64,000 nt of DNA from Azolla caroliniana. Lineage: Eukaryota > Plantae > Polypodiophyta. Of the stretch, positions 1 through 11,585 are shown in pieces. The position numbers and the translations under genes were made by a program. The DNA lies in NCBI GenBank assembly GCA_043228905.1, contig JBHGNT010000006.1:18290001-18354000 (forward strand). Reading direction: 5' to 3'. Below the pieces are notes generated by a model. That model was not told the origin of the DNA. It searched no databases and saw only the letters and a list, made by a program, of their open reading frames with translations. How positions within the stretch are numbered: the stretch's first letter is position 1; each line of letters opens with the position of its first letter.

Positions 1-19
1 GACATCAACCGGATGCAAG

Positions 20-2983
20 ATGCTGCTGAAGGATGTCCGACACGTTCCGGAGGTTCGATTGAACCTGATTTCGGCCGGGAGGCTAGACGATGAAGGCTAC
101 ACGGGTAGCATCCGGAACGGTGTCATGAAGTTCAGCAAAGGGAGCCTGATAGTGGCTCGGGCCCGGAAGGTCAACACACTGTACCTGATGAATGCCCGGT
201 TATGTCCGGAAGAGCTGAATGTGGCAGCCGACACTGCCGGTGAGCTGTGGCACAAGAGACTGTGCCACATGAGCGAGAAGGGGATGAAGAGGCTTGCAGA
301 AGACAACCTTATTCCAGTGAAGCATGTGCATCTGGAGAAGTGCACCGATTGCCTGGCCGGTAAGCAGAACCGAGCCTCCTTCCACTCAAGGCCACCGACG
401 AGACGTAGTGCACCATTGGAGTTGGTGCACACTGATGTGTGTCAGGTAGAAACGAAGTCACATGGCGGAGCCCAGTACTTCGTAACATTCATTGATGATC
501 ACAGCCGGAAGCTGTGGACGGCACCGTTGAAGACAAAGGACCAAGTATTGTCCGTCTTCAAAGAACTCCACGCGAGAGTGGAAAGGGAATCCGGCAAGAA
601 GCTGAAAGCGATACGAGCGGATAACAGAGGGGAATACCGGGGGCAGTTCGCGGAGTACTGTTGCTCGAAGGGAATCCGGCTCGAGTTTACTGTGCCGAAG
701 ACGCCGGAACTGAACGGGCTGGCCGAGAGGATGAACCGGACCATAATGGAGAGGGTCCGGAGTATGCTGGCGCATGCGAAATTACCCAAGGGGTTTTGGG
801 CTGAGGCAATGTCGACGGCGACATACGTGATAAATAGATCACCCTCAGTACCTTTGGACGGAGACACGCCGCAGAGAGTGTGGACCGGTAAGGAAGTATC
901 CTACCGGCATCTGAAGGTGTTCGGGTGTCTAGTGTATGTACATGTGGCAAAGGACCGGAGAGGAAAGCTAGATCCAAAGACCCGGCCATGCATATTCCTC
1001 GGTTACGGCAACGACGAGTTCGGCTACCGAGTATGGGACCCGGTCGACAAGAAGATATTCAAGAGTCGAGATATCATCTTCATGGAGGACAAGACATTCG
1101 CCGACTGGGAGTCGGAGAAGAAGATGAAGAGCTCCAAGTCGACCGGTGAGAATCAACTCTACGAGGAGCAGTCCCGACCGGCAAGGGACCGGTTAACACT
1201 CGAAGATCCGGCCGAAGACGGTGAAGAAACAGAACCGGCCGAAGAAGATGAAAATGATACCGGAATCGGCCCCGATCCCGAAATGGATTCGTATGAAGAG
1301 GAAACGGAGGAGCCGGTTACCGAAGCCCCGGAACGGAGATATCCTCTAAGAGAGAGAAGGGCCCCCCGGAGATTTCCGGAACCAGAGCACGTGCTGCTAA
1401 CCGACGAGGGGGAGCCGGAGAATTTTGAAGAAGCAGAGCTTGACACACATAGCCGCAGGTGGTTAAGTGCCATGCAGGAGGAGATGGATTCCCTGCATGA
1501 GAACCACACATATGAACTTGTGGAGTTGCCGAAAGGAAAGCGGGCACTTCGAAACAAGTGGGTGTTCAAGCTGAAACCGGGAGATGCCGGAAACCCCCCG
1601 AGATACAAAGCCAGGATCGTGGTGAAGGGGTTCCAGCAGAAGAAGGGCGTCGACTTCGACGAGATATTTGCCCCGGTAGTGAAGATGACCTCCATCCGGA
1701 CGGTGCTGAGCATAGCGGCAAGCATGGACCTCGAGGTAGAACAGATGGACGTGAAGACGGCATTCCTTCACGGTGACCTCGAAGAAGAGATCTACATGCA
1801 GCAACCGGAAGGATTCGAGAAGAAAGGAAAGGAGCACCTGGTATGCCGGTTGAAGAAGAGCCTCTACGGTCTGAAGCAGGCTCCCCGGCAATGGTACCGG
1901 AAGTTCGACTCCTTCATGACAGACGAAGGGTACCACAAAACGCAGACCGATCACTGCGTGTTTGTGAAGAAGTTCGAAGGAGGAGACTTTCTAATACTCC
2001 TCCTGTACGTGGACGACATGTTGATCGTCGGACGAGACCAGGTCAAGATACGGATGCTGAAGAAGGCTCTTCACCGAACCTTCTCAATGAAGGACCTGGG
2101 TCCGGCGAGGCAAATACTAGGGATGCACATCATCCGGGACCGGAAGAAGAAGCAGTTGTGGTTGTCACAGGAGAAGTACGTGACAAAGGTGCTTCACCGG
2201 TTCAACATGTCGGAAGCAAGACCGGTCGGGTCAACACTCCCGGCAAACTGCAAGCTGTCCAAGAAGCAAAGCCCCAAGACAAAGGCTGAGAAGGAGGTCA
2301 TGATGAAAGTACCATATGCCTCTGCCGTCGGGAGCTTGATGTACGCAATGGTGTGTACCCGACCGGACATAGGATATGCAGTCGGAGTGGTGAGCCGGTA
2401 CATGAGCAATCCCGACAAAGAGCACTGGAACGCGGTCAAATGGATACTCCGATACCTAAAGGGCACTTCGAACATGTGCCTCCGATTCGGCTCCGGTAAG
2501 CCCGAACTCGATGGATTTACCGATTCGGACATGTCGGCTGATGCGGATACCAGCCGGTCCACATCAGGGTATGTGATGACGTATGCAGGGGGAGCTGTTT
2601 CGTGGCAGTCGAGGCTGCAGAAGACGGTTGCATTGTCAACCACGGAGGCGGAGTACATGGCGGCTGTTGAAGCCGGCAAGGAAATAATATGGATGAAGGA
2701 ATTCATTAGAGAGCTCGGTATCCGGCAGGAGGAGTACCGGCTCTACTGCGATAGTCAGAGTGCCATCCACCTTGCGAAGAACGCGGCCTACCATTCCCGG
2801 ACGAAACACATCCAGCGTAGATACCACTGGATCCGGGAAAGGATAGAAGACAAGGAGTTCGTGCTGACGAAGGTCCACACGGACGAGAACGGGTCGGATA
2901 TGCTGACCAAGGTGCTCACACCCGACAAGCTGGAAGCATGCCGGAAGAGGATCAGATTGGAGAGACATCCCATGCCGAAGTGA
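20..2983 (+). CDS. pol: Copia pol polyprotein, partial (GAG-pre-integrase, integrase, RT, RNase H)
   Basis: LWHKRLCH..CTDC zinc motif, FIDD..ADNRGEY..AERMNR integrase, QMDVKTAFLHG, SLYGLKQAPRQW, YVDDM, RNase H TDSD..EAEY..CDSQSA..DMLTK; 987 aa with no stop. Confidence 0.97.
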   Translation: MLLKDVRHVPEVRLNLISAGRLDDEGYTGSIRNGVMKFSKGSLIVARARKVNTLYLMNARLCPEELNVAADTAGELWHKRLCHMSEKGMKRLAEDNLIPVKHVHLEKCTDCLAGKQNRASFHSRPPTRRSAPLELVHTDVCQVETKSHGGAQYFVTFIDDHSRKLWTAPLKTKDQVLSVFKELHARVERESGKKLKAIRADNRGEYRGQFAEYCCSKGIRLEFTVPKTPELNGLAERMNRTIMERVRSMLAHAKLPKGFWAEAMSTATYVINRSPSVPLDGDTPQRVWTGKEVSYRHLKVFGCLVYVHVAKDRRGKLDPKTRPCIFLGYGNDEFGYRVWDPVDKKIFKSRDIIFMEDKTFADWESEKKMKSSKSTGENQLYEEQSRPARDRLTLEDPAEDGEETEPAEEDENDTGIGPDPEMDSYEEETEEPVTEAPERRYPLRERRAPRRFPEPEHVLLTDEGEPENFEEAELDTHSRRWLSAMQEEMDSLHENHTYELVELPKGKRALRNKWVFKLKPGDAGNPPRYKARIVVKGFQQKKGVDFDEIFAPVVKMTSIRTVLSIAASMDLEVEQMDVKTAFLHGDLEEEIYMQQPEGFEKKGKEHLVCRLKKSLYGLKQAPRQWYRKFDSFMTDEGYHKTQTDHCVFVKKFEGGDFLILLLYVDDMLIVGRDQVKIRMLKKALHRTFSMKDLGPARQILGMHIIRDRKKKQLWLSQEKYVTKVLHRFNMSEARPVGSTLPANCKLSKKQSPKTKAEKEVMMKVPYASAVGSLMYAMVCTRPDIGYAVGVVSRYMSNPDKEHWNAVKWILRYLKGTSNMCLRFGSGKPELDGFTDSDMSADADTSRSTSGYVMTYAGGAVSWQSRLQKTVALSTTEAEYMAAVEAGKEIIWMKEFIRELGIRQEEYRLYCDSQSAIHLAKNAAYHSRTKHIQRRYHWIRERIEDKEFVLTKVHTDENGSDMLTKVLTPDKLEACRKRIRLERHPMPK

Positions 2984-2993
2984 AGGGGGAGTT

Positions 2994-3691
2994 TGTTGGG
3001 ATTTTCGGTCCCTCCGGATGGGATGTCCGGAGATGAATGACGGCAAGCCCGGTTGCAGTTACGGAACCGGAGGATGAAGAGTACCCGGCATGAAGCCGGA
3101 TGAAGAGTACCCGGCTACGGAGTCGGATGATGTAGACCCCGGCTACGGAGCCGGATGATGAAGACCCCGGCTACGGAGCCGGATGATGAAGACCCGGCTA
3201 CGGAGCCGGATGATGAATGTACCCGGAGAGAGATCCGGATGCGGGGACATATTTGTGAATATGTTTTGCCAAGGGCCTTGGAGGCTATATTTGTAAATAG
3301 CCCTATAGTCATGTGTGTATAAATATGACTTAGGGCAAACAGTTTTATGTTGCTACTCATTTTTCTGTTTTTCCACTCAAGAGGAGTGAAGAGAGAGCAG
3401 CCGAGAGAGAGTGAGAGAGAGAGAGACGAAGAGGTCGTTGCCTCTGTGTATTACCGCCGCCTGTGGCGAAGACAGTGAGCTCAAGGTTGTTGCCTTGTAG
3501 CTTCACCATTGTACATCTCTATTTATAGTGACAGTTGGAGTTTGATGACTCCCGTGGTTTTTCCCATTTAGGGTTTTCCACGTAAAACATCCTGTGTACC
3601 TTTCTCTCTATTGTCTTCGTGCATTTTGTATTTCCCGTTTTCTGAGAGTTGATCCTTTTCTTCGGTTGTGGCCGAGCGCGTTTTTTAAACA
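2994..3691 (+). repeat. 3' LTR of copia A (~698 bp)
   Basis: TG start right after the PPT, CA end, TATA-like TATAAATA near 3318, (GA)n tract, homologous to the LTRs of E and F. Confidence 0.88.
3060..3240 (+). repeat. ~27-bp CCGG-rich tandem repeat in U3 of LTR A
   Basis: Repeated CCGGCTACGGAGCCGGATGATGAAGAC units. Confidence 0.85.
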
Positions 3692-6600
3692 ATGATACTG
3701 TCAACAATGTTTCCCATATCTCAAGCAATACCTCTAGAATGCCAAGCTTTGCGGCATCATAAAGTCGATTGCATCTACATTTCCATAATACCCATAATGT
3801 TATCGTAGTCACCGTTTTCCAGATCTCGACAGATTGCATCTACTTTCGAGGTTGCTAAAATGGACTAACTGATATCAATCTTCTGTTATATGCCATCATG
3901 GCCTCTTGCATATCATCTGCCTCATACAACATCAGGTTGGAGTGTAATACTCCCCACACCGCTGCTCCCCACGAGAACAAGAAACCAACATTGATTGTTA
4001 GGAATAAAGAAAGAACTTTATTCCATACTTGCTGAGCCAAGGGACAAGACCAGAGGGCATGCTTAGTAGTCTCTGGTGTTGCATAGCAAAATCCACATTG
4101 CCTGAGATTCTATGCGACATTCCCTTTTAACGTCTGGCCAACTAGTAATGCAACATGCACTAATAGCCATCTAAAAAGAATAAATTTAGAAGGCCCCTTG
4201 AAAGATCATATCCATCTCCAATATGTTTTCAACTGCAACGTTGAAACACCTCAGTTAGTCCAATGTTTTTGTGCTGCTGGCATCATTACATTCATAGACC
4301 TTAGTAATGACCTTCCTAGCTTTACTGAATACTGAAAAAAGGGAACCTTTGTGATATGTTCCCCCAAGGAATATGTCCAGAACCAACCCTTCGGATCCCA
4401 TAGTAGTCTTGCAATAGGTTCTTTTGCATACAACCACATCATATCACACATATGTGCAATAGAAGGATAAGGATCCAGCAGCCACTTCTTTCCCATTTTT
4501 GCAATCACTTTGATTGGTGCATTCCGCACATGCTGAAAGTAGCTGCAGTCAAAAGCATGAGGTTGCATTCTATTGTTATCAAGAACCTCAAAATAAGAGA
4601 TGCACCCATTAGGTGAGATACCCTTGACAGCCAACAATGTATCATTTATGAAGCATCCAAACCAAAAATGCTCCTGTATCGGTTCGAAAGTCTCCGCTAA
4701 TGAGGAATATGAAGCTGAAATGGCAGCCGTCATTAGCTTGGCTCCATGAATAGTTTGTAGTTGCGCAAGTCGATCTGCTTGTGGCATCTGTTGGAAACGA
4801 ATCCAAGTATTTACAGAAGCAGCTGGCCCATTATCCAGTTTACCCCAGGCAAGGTGAATTCTGAGACCCAGTACTTTCCTATCTGCTTGGGGCATCTGTT
4901 GGAAATGAATCCAAGTATTTACAAAAGCAGTTGGCCCATTATCTAGTTTACCCCCAGCAAGGTGAGTTCTGAGACCCAATACTTTTCCTATATTATCCTG
5001 AAATAGAGAATTTCCAAGAAGACGTTGATTAAGCAATGCATCCCAAGTCGAAGGCTTCGCCTTAACTAGAAATGACTTGATCCCATCCCATGCCCTTATG
5101 ATTCCTAACAAAAAACGGTTAGAAGCTAGATCCCGCCTTGGCGTTTGTACGTCATTCAAGAACAACCATTTTAGAGAGGGAGACCAAATTCCCCTCGTCC
5201 TAGGACTTAACTTCATTAGTTGCTTTAGAAAAATTCTTTTCCAGGCTTCTGACCCTGGTAACAATCCTCGAATCGCAAACTTAACCAAGAGGGCTCTTGA
5301 CTGCATCAAAGGATCTATCAAACCCAACCCTCTATGGATTCTAGGTTGAATTAGCACATTCCAAGCAACTTTGGCTATTGTTCGAGATCCATTTTTTCCT
5401 CCCCAGAGGAAATTACGAATCAAGCTTTGTACGTTCATTATTGTTGACCTTGAAATTAACCAAACAGAAGCTATAAACCACATGGAGGCCAAAAGTACTG
5501 AATTTGCTACTACAACCCGACCTACAAAGGACAATTGTTGGACATCCCAATATAGAAGTTTATGCTTTATTGATAATAATAGCGGGGATAACATAGCTTC
5601 TAATTTTAAATCTATACCAACTAGGCATCCCAAATACCGAACAGGTTCACCTTGGTTAAGCCAGCGGAAAGTAGAACCTGGATACCAAGCAGGATGAGGC
5701 TTTGCACCCACCCATAACCCTACCAACTTATTCCAATTAAGAGAGGAACCTGTAGCTTCTGAGAAATTCTGCAAAGCATTTTGTACCTACCCGAGATTAC
5801 CAATCTCCCCATCAACATAGAGGGCCGTATCATTTGCAAACTCAACATCCAATACAACAAACTGTGCAATAGGTAATGCTATACCTTTTACACTAGCTGA
5901 AGAAGATCTTAGGTATGAAGCTAGAGCTTCCCCATACAAGATAAAAAGAGAAGGGGCAAGAGGACATCCTTGCCTAACCGACCTGGAAATCGGAAATATT
6001 GGCCCATAACCACTAGCGAACAAAACTGAGCTAGAGGCCTGCCTATATAAGGCCAAAACACCATTTATCCATGCAGTAGGAAAGCCTAATCTTGACAACA
6101 CTGCCTCAAGAAAGTCCCAATCTACTTTATCATAGGCTTTTTCAAAGTCCAATAGTAAAACTACCATTTGTTGTTTATTTTGTTGAGCTAATGCAACCAT
6201 TTCCTAGAACAAAAAGATATTATCGAAAATTCTTCTATCTTGTATAAAACTAGACTGCGTATCATGAATAATAGATGGCAACATAGATCGTAATCTAAAG
6301 GAAATTGTTTTTGCCACAATCTTATAAATATCATTGAGCAGTGTTATTGGCCACCACTTAGAAACTTCATCACATTTCACATTAGACTTAGGAATCATGT
6401 ATATTATTCCTTCCTTCCATTCCGCCGGCATAGCTCCCGTTGAAAAAATTAGATTCGTGCTCTAGTGAGGATAGGGCCAAGAAGATCCCAATAATGTAAG
6501 TAGAAGCCAACTCCTATTCCGTCTTTTCCTGGACAGACATCCTTACCCAAGGATTTAGTTGCAAATAACACCTCTTGGGACATAAATGGTTGTATTAAAT

Positions 6601-7971
6601 GAGATGCCATTTCATTAGTGATCTTCTATTGAATAGTTGCAAGTATATCTTGTTTCTTATAAAGACTGTTTGTTGTAAAAGTTGTAGCAGACAACAATTG
6701 TTGATAGTAATCTGAGACTATACCTCGCATGTATATGATCCATCAGGCCGTTTCAAGGAGGTAATAGAAATAGGTTTATGCTTTCGTTTGAACCGATTGA
6801 AAAACACTTTATTAACTCGATCTTGCTTTTGTGACCAGCGAGCAGCATTACGATAAACGAAGAATGTCGAATGTGCATGTTGCTTTTCTTTTAAACTTCC
6901 TTTTACCTATTGCAAATCAGAAAGTAGCATGGATGAAGTTGGATACCTTTCCAACAATTTTTGTAATGCTGCAAAAGCATGCCGCAAATTAGCAATTTCT
7001 GAATTGCAACAATACACCGAAGCGGAGACTATATTCATGAAGGAATTCTTTGTATCAAGTATGGCATCCACCATATTATGAAGAATCAAACAATCATCCA
7101 TCCAGTTGTATTTTGACCATATCTGAACAATTGACATCCGACGGCTATCATCAGATAGTAAAGACGGAGATATACACCACTCCTTAGAGTATCTCTTCTT
7201 ATAAAATGTAACATTTAACTTCAGAGGGTCATGGTCAGATATCGTTGATCTGGGAATAATGCCAACGGATCCCCCCGTATCCCAAAAGAAACTGCTGGCA
7301 TAAAATCTATCTAGCCGAGACAAAGTAGCACTAACCACACTCCCATCGGATCTAGAAAAATTTAGGGACCCTTGTATATGTGAGAAAGATTGCACCTTCC
7401 ATAAGTCAAGTAGACCAAAAGCAAAAGAGAAGGAATCCCAACACTTAGCTTCCCAACTTGAAATTGTAGTAGTTGTACCTCCTATTCTATCAGAGGCCTC
7501 TTCGATCATATTTAAATCGCCTCCCACTAACCAACAATCTGCTAACCCCGCATATTCCACAAGAGACAGCCAAAAACTCGCCCTCGCTGACGCAGAGTTA
7601 GGAGCATAGATATTCATTAGGCCAACCTTTTGAGACCCTATTTTTATGATAAGAAATTGTGCCCATTTATTCATAACAGTACCTGCTGACAAGATAATAG
7701 ATTGCAAGTGTTGGCTAAGAGCTATACATAATCCAGCCTGACGGCTATTTGGGCCAAAGACAGGAACCCAAAAATGAGTCCCCCGTCCTGGTAAAATGGA
7801 TCCATACTTTTGAATCCTATCCCTGCATATGTGATGCTATTGCAAAAAGAGGATATCTATGATACCAATACTAGAAATACCTAAATCGGAACGTACGAGT
7901 CCTTTAAATCTGCGAAAAGCCTGACCACCCAGACTTTGCACATTCTAGGAAAGAAGATGTAGGGCATCCAT
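3692..7971 (-). pseudogene. LINE ORF2 (endonuclease-RT-zinc finger), broken by stops and frameshifts
   Basis: S(W>*)NV at the start, NIYAP, VGGDLN, SRLDRFY, ISDHDP; RT LLDFEKAYDKVDW, RQGCPLAP, EFANDT, VRYLG; CGFC..ETTKHALWSCP near 4040-4100; WVLWKCRC. Confidence 0.93.
4771..4986 (-). repeat. 108-bp in-frame tandem duplication inside LINE ORF2
   Basis: KVLGLRxHLAxGKLDNGPxAxVNTWIxFQQMPQADR occurs twice; units start at 4771 and 4879. Confidence 0.92.
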
Positions 7972-7972
7972 A

Positions 7973-9635
7973 TTATATAGGGGTTAGCGATGTCCTTTTC
8001 TCAAGAAGAGAATCCTGATGTCCTTTCTTGGCTCCCTCTTGAGCTCTCATTTGTCTTCTCAAGAGCAAATCCTTCCCTGCATACTTATGCATCCTATGTT
8101 CCTTGACAACCTTTTCAGGATTTTGGATTACTAAAGGATCTTGTGTAAATGGAAATCCAGCATGATTGTGCTCTTGGTTCATTTCTATATCCCTTGGTTG
8201 TCCTTTAGACTTATCCGAATCCACTTGTAGATTAGAGGCAACGTTTTCTTTAAGCTTATTGGAGATATCCAAATTAGTAGACATAACCAAAGGTTGTTGA
8301 TTCTCAGCTATTTTTATTGGTGGTTGTCCTACCACCAACTTTGGAAAGGATGTATCAAACTGAATAGAATGTTGAACTATCTTTTGTGACGAAGAGTCTG
8401 ACTTGAGTTTTTGAGGAGGATGGAATGATAAGTGACCCCCATTATTCAGCTCTTCTAAACTTTACTCTTCCATTTGGAGAGCATTATATGTATTCTGCAA
8501 GGGAGGGAAGTCTTGCATATTGTTTATTGGCACTTGTGTAAGTTTATTTAGAGATATACGTGGATGTGTCTTCGGTGTCTTCTTATGCTCCACTCTGGTC
8601 CAACCCTCAATTTTATTCTGATAGGAACTATACTTGTGCTAGGTGTATGTTTGTTAATGTCTTCCTTAAATTTCGGGCAATACTTTGCCAAATGGCCAAA
8701 CCCAAAACAACGGAAACACTGGTTCGGTAAACCTCTATACAAGATTTTTTGAGAGTAAGGGGCCTGTAGAGGATCAAGTAGATTGGGCAGCAAAATGTTT
8801 GAGGGAAACCTTGTAGACTTAGAAATCAAAAGCTTAGCAGATGCAACCCCTAAAGACTTATCTTCGATCCGGCGTGGTCTTTCATAAATTTCTAGAACCG
8901 CACCAATAGTGCTAGCAATCACATGCATAGAGGTAACCATTCTTTTCTTAAATTTGGAAAAACAACCACACATGTTTGATATGAATCAAAATCATGATGC
9001 ACCTGATTTGCGGAAAAGTTGTGACTCCACTTGTGAAAAGAGATCCAACCTCCCTTGACTACTACTGCTTTCTTCTCCATCAAAACTGGTGTCATACGTT
9101 TTGACTCGAACTCTAACTGGTAGTAATTCCTGCCAAGTATCTGTACATCTATAATGTTGTTAAGGTTCTGTTTCAAAGCGGCTTGAAGCAACAAACGAAG
9201 ATTAGTCCGCGTTGGACGAAGACCCAAGACTTGTGCAATGATAGTCTTCTTTTCCAAACGTTGAATCTCTTGCACAATCCGTGTTCGATCTTGTTTCGAC
9301 AACTTGAGCTCTATTGCGCTGTCCGAAATGGGTGGAATATCCAGGTTAGCTGCACGGGAGCCTCGGTCAAATTGTTCGTGACGGCGTGGCAAGTGCTCTT
9401 GATTGGCGGATGTGGTGATGAAGGTTGAAGCAAGAGAGGATTCAGCCGCAGATGATGCCTTGATTTCAGCAACCACGGATCTGTTCTCAGCTACTATGGC
9501 AGGCACAGGAACAAAGACCGGAAAGCCGATAGGTATGTGGCCAACACTCGAGGCATATCCAGAGGGAGATGATCCGGCTACGTTGGCGATGTGGGCGACA
9601 GAAGATGTGGTTGCAGGCTGCGCGACTGTGTTCAT
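7973..9635 (-). pseudogene. LINE ORF1 (DUF4283-like and zinc knuckle), frameshifted
   Basis: IIDVQILGRNYYQLEFE, CFRCFGFGHLAKYC (CX2CX4HX4C); pieces 8919-9635, 8548-8973, 7973-8338. Confidence 0.88.
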
Positions 9636-9660
9636 GGCGTCCTCTGTTCTTTAAATATTC

Positions 9661-10314
9661 GGTACTGGTGCATCTTGTATGACCAAGATGCATAGTTGGA
9701 TCTATCGAGCTTCTCCGTCAGGAGCGAGCAAGCCATTCGTCTGACCATTCTAACCTTTCTTTTCTATTCTCTACCGAGTGTTAGGGTTTGTCTTCGGAAA
9801 TCGCTCGTCGGCTACAGAGGTTCTCAACCCTCTCACTCTAATACCATGTAAAAGATAATGTGTGGAAGCTAAGACAAACCGGCTAGTCAGGATAATAGCA
9901 TAACACAGAACAGAGGTTCAAAGAAAAGCTTGAATACACGGGAGAGACACAGAGAGAGAGAGTAGAACAGTAAACTCAATTCAAAATAATAACCTCTATG
10001 TATACAAATGTCGTACAGAACACTTTTTATACAAGTCCTTAAAAGTAGTGACAAAAGTACTGACATGTACTTCAATGCTCATATGAGCGACTGACACTAA
10101 CTCCAAGGAATATGCCTACGTACTAGGCTTAGACCGTATGCTCGAACAACCAACCGATTCTCACTATTCCGGAGTACGATCCGGTTCTCCATTCCGGCTC
10201 TAGGTTCCGTATACCGATATATGCAGACACCTATCCGATTCTCCATTGTGGATACCTGATCCGGCTCTGGCTTATTCAACCGGTCCAGATCTGGTGGAGC
10301 TCTCTCGCTAAACA
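9661..10314 (-). mobile_element. 5' end of a family-B copia (5' LTR 9847-10314, PBS 9836-9846, first gag codons), cut by the LINE
   Basis: ...CTTTTACA TGGTATTAGAG (Met-i PBS variant), gag EKLDRSNYASWSYKMHQY; LTR homologous to 43387-43819. Confidence 0.88.
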
Positions 10315-11485
10315 TACATCCATGGAAAAAACAAAGTAGCGCCTGAATCAACACACAAGGATATTCCGACCTACATGCAACAACCAGAGTCTTGTATTGT
10401 CTTGCATCCTATGTACACAACCAGATGCAGGGGTACATTTGAAATGTAAAGACACCAAAGGAGGCTTGGGGAAATCTAAAGAAGATTTTTGCCACGAGTA
10501 CCATGGCCCGCAAGTTGCATCTTTGTTAGGAACCCAACAATATCAAAGAAAGGGATATGACGGTGCCAACTACACCATGAAGATCAAGAAGATCTATAAT
10601 GCCTAGGAGTCTATCAATGTGCTGGTGGAGGAGGATGAGATGGTACACATCTGCCTTGGTCGTCTAGTGCAAAGCTATGAGCTAATTAGAACGGCAATAT
10701 GCACAAGGGAGAAGCCGAATCACATAGAGCCGAACTGGTTGCAATTGATGCTTCTGGTTGAGGAAAACCACACAGGTGTGTCAAGGAACACACACTCTGA
10801 TGGTTAGATGTTGTACATGAAGGTGGGTTGGCCTCGTGGTTGTGGGCAAAGAGGCGGTTCGACACACATGAATGGCGGTGAAAATGAGTAGAGGCAAAAT
10901 TGAAAAGATGAAAGCAGTCAGGAACCCTCCACAAGTAGGAGTCAATGTAATGCCAGATGCCAACAAATCAAGTCAAATTACTAGTATTGTGGCAAAAATG
11001 GCCACAAGGAAAGAGAGTGTTGGAAGAAGAAGCTCGATTCGGATGAAGCCGAATCATGTAGAGCCGAACTAGGAAATCGGTAGAAATCGCACTATGTAGA
11101 AGGATCAGGCTAGACCGAAACGGAGCCTACATTTGTAATGAAGCACAAAGCCAACTTGATGGAGGCGAGCACCTTGAGATTGAAGGAGGTGTGATATGTC
11201 AATTCTGGAGCCATTAAACATTGACACAATGATGACACAACTCACCCCATTAAACATATCGATGATGTTCCTCTAAGCCACATCAGCCAAAAAGGGTTGA
11301 TGAGAAATTTCTTGCATGTGCCGAAAATCACCAAGAACTTTGTGTTGGTCAGACAAATTGTCGACTAGGGTTGTAGAGAAGGGAGGATGTTTATCCTCGA
11401 CATAAATGATGGCAACACCACTATGTTTCGAGCGGATAGGAACCTATGGCACAAGCAGATCGGTCACATCAACAATATGACCAAC
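10315..11485 (+). pseudogene. Highly degenerate family-B copia gag-protease fragment
   Basis: EEDEMVHICLG, TAICTRE, LLVEENH, GHKEREC, LWHKQIGHIN, homologous to 44191-45774; many frameshifts. Confidence 0.8.
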
Positions 11486-11585
11486 TATTGAGTGGACAAG
11501 CTCAACCTGATCCGGATCGACTAAGTAAGCTAGATCCGGATCGGTGTCTGGTACCAAGAGCTGGATTGGTATTTGGATCGGATTG
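11486..11585 (+). repeat. Truncated start of a family-B LTR
   Basis: TATTGAGTGGACAAGCTCAACC resembles the LTR starts at 19707 and 43387; right boundary approximate. Confidence 0.6.

Larger units (their letters stand above)
1..3691 (+). mobile_element. Ty1/copia LTR retrotransposon A (5' part outside window), young, inserted into the 3' end of the LINE
   Basis: Uninterrupted INT-RT-RNaseH ORF, PPT TGAAGGGGGAGTT 2981-2993, then LTR TGTTGGG...TAAACA. LINE ORF2 C-terminal coding sequence abuts at 3692. Confidence 0.95.
3692..9660 (-). mobile_element. L1-clade LINE, near full length but degenerate; inserted into a copia gag and interrupted at its 3' end by copia A
   Basis: ORF1 (DUF4283-like plus CCHC) followed by ORF2 (APE endonuclease, RT, C-terminal zinc finger). 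At ~9661 it abuts copia gag ...YKMHQY. Confidence 0.93.

Noticed and set aside
97-3046. Many antisense and alternate-frame ORFs recurring in A, E and F
   Set aside because: Shadows of GC-rich pol; they recur only because the elements are homologous
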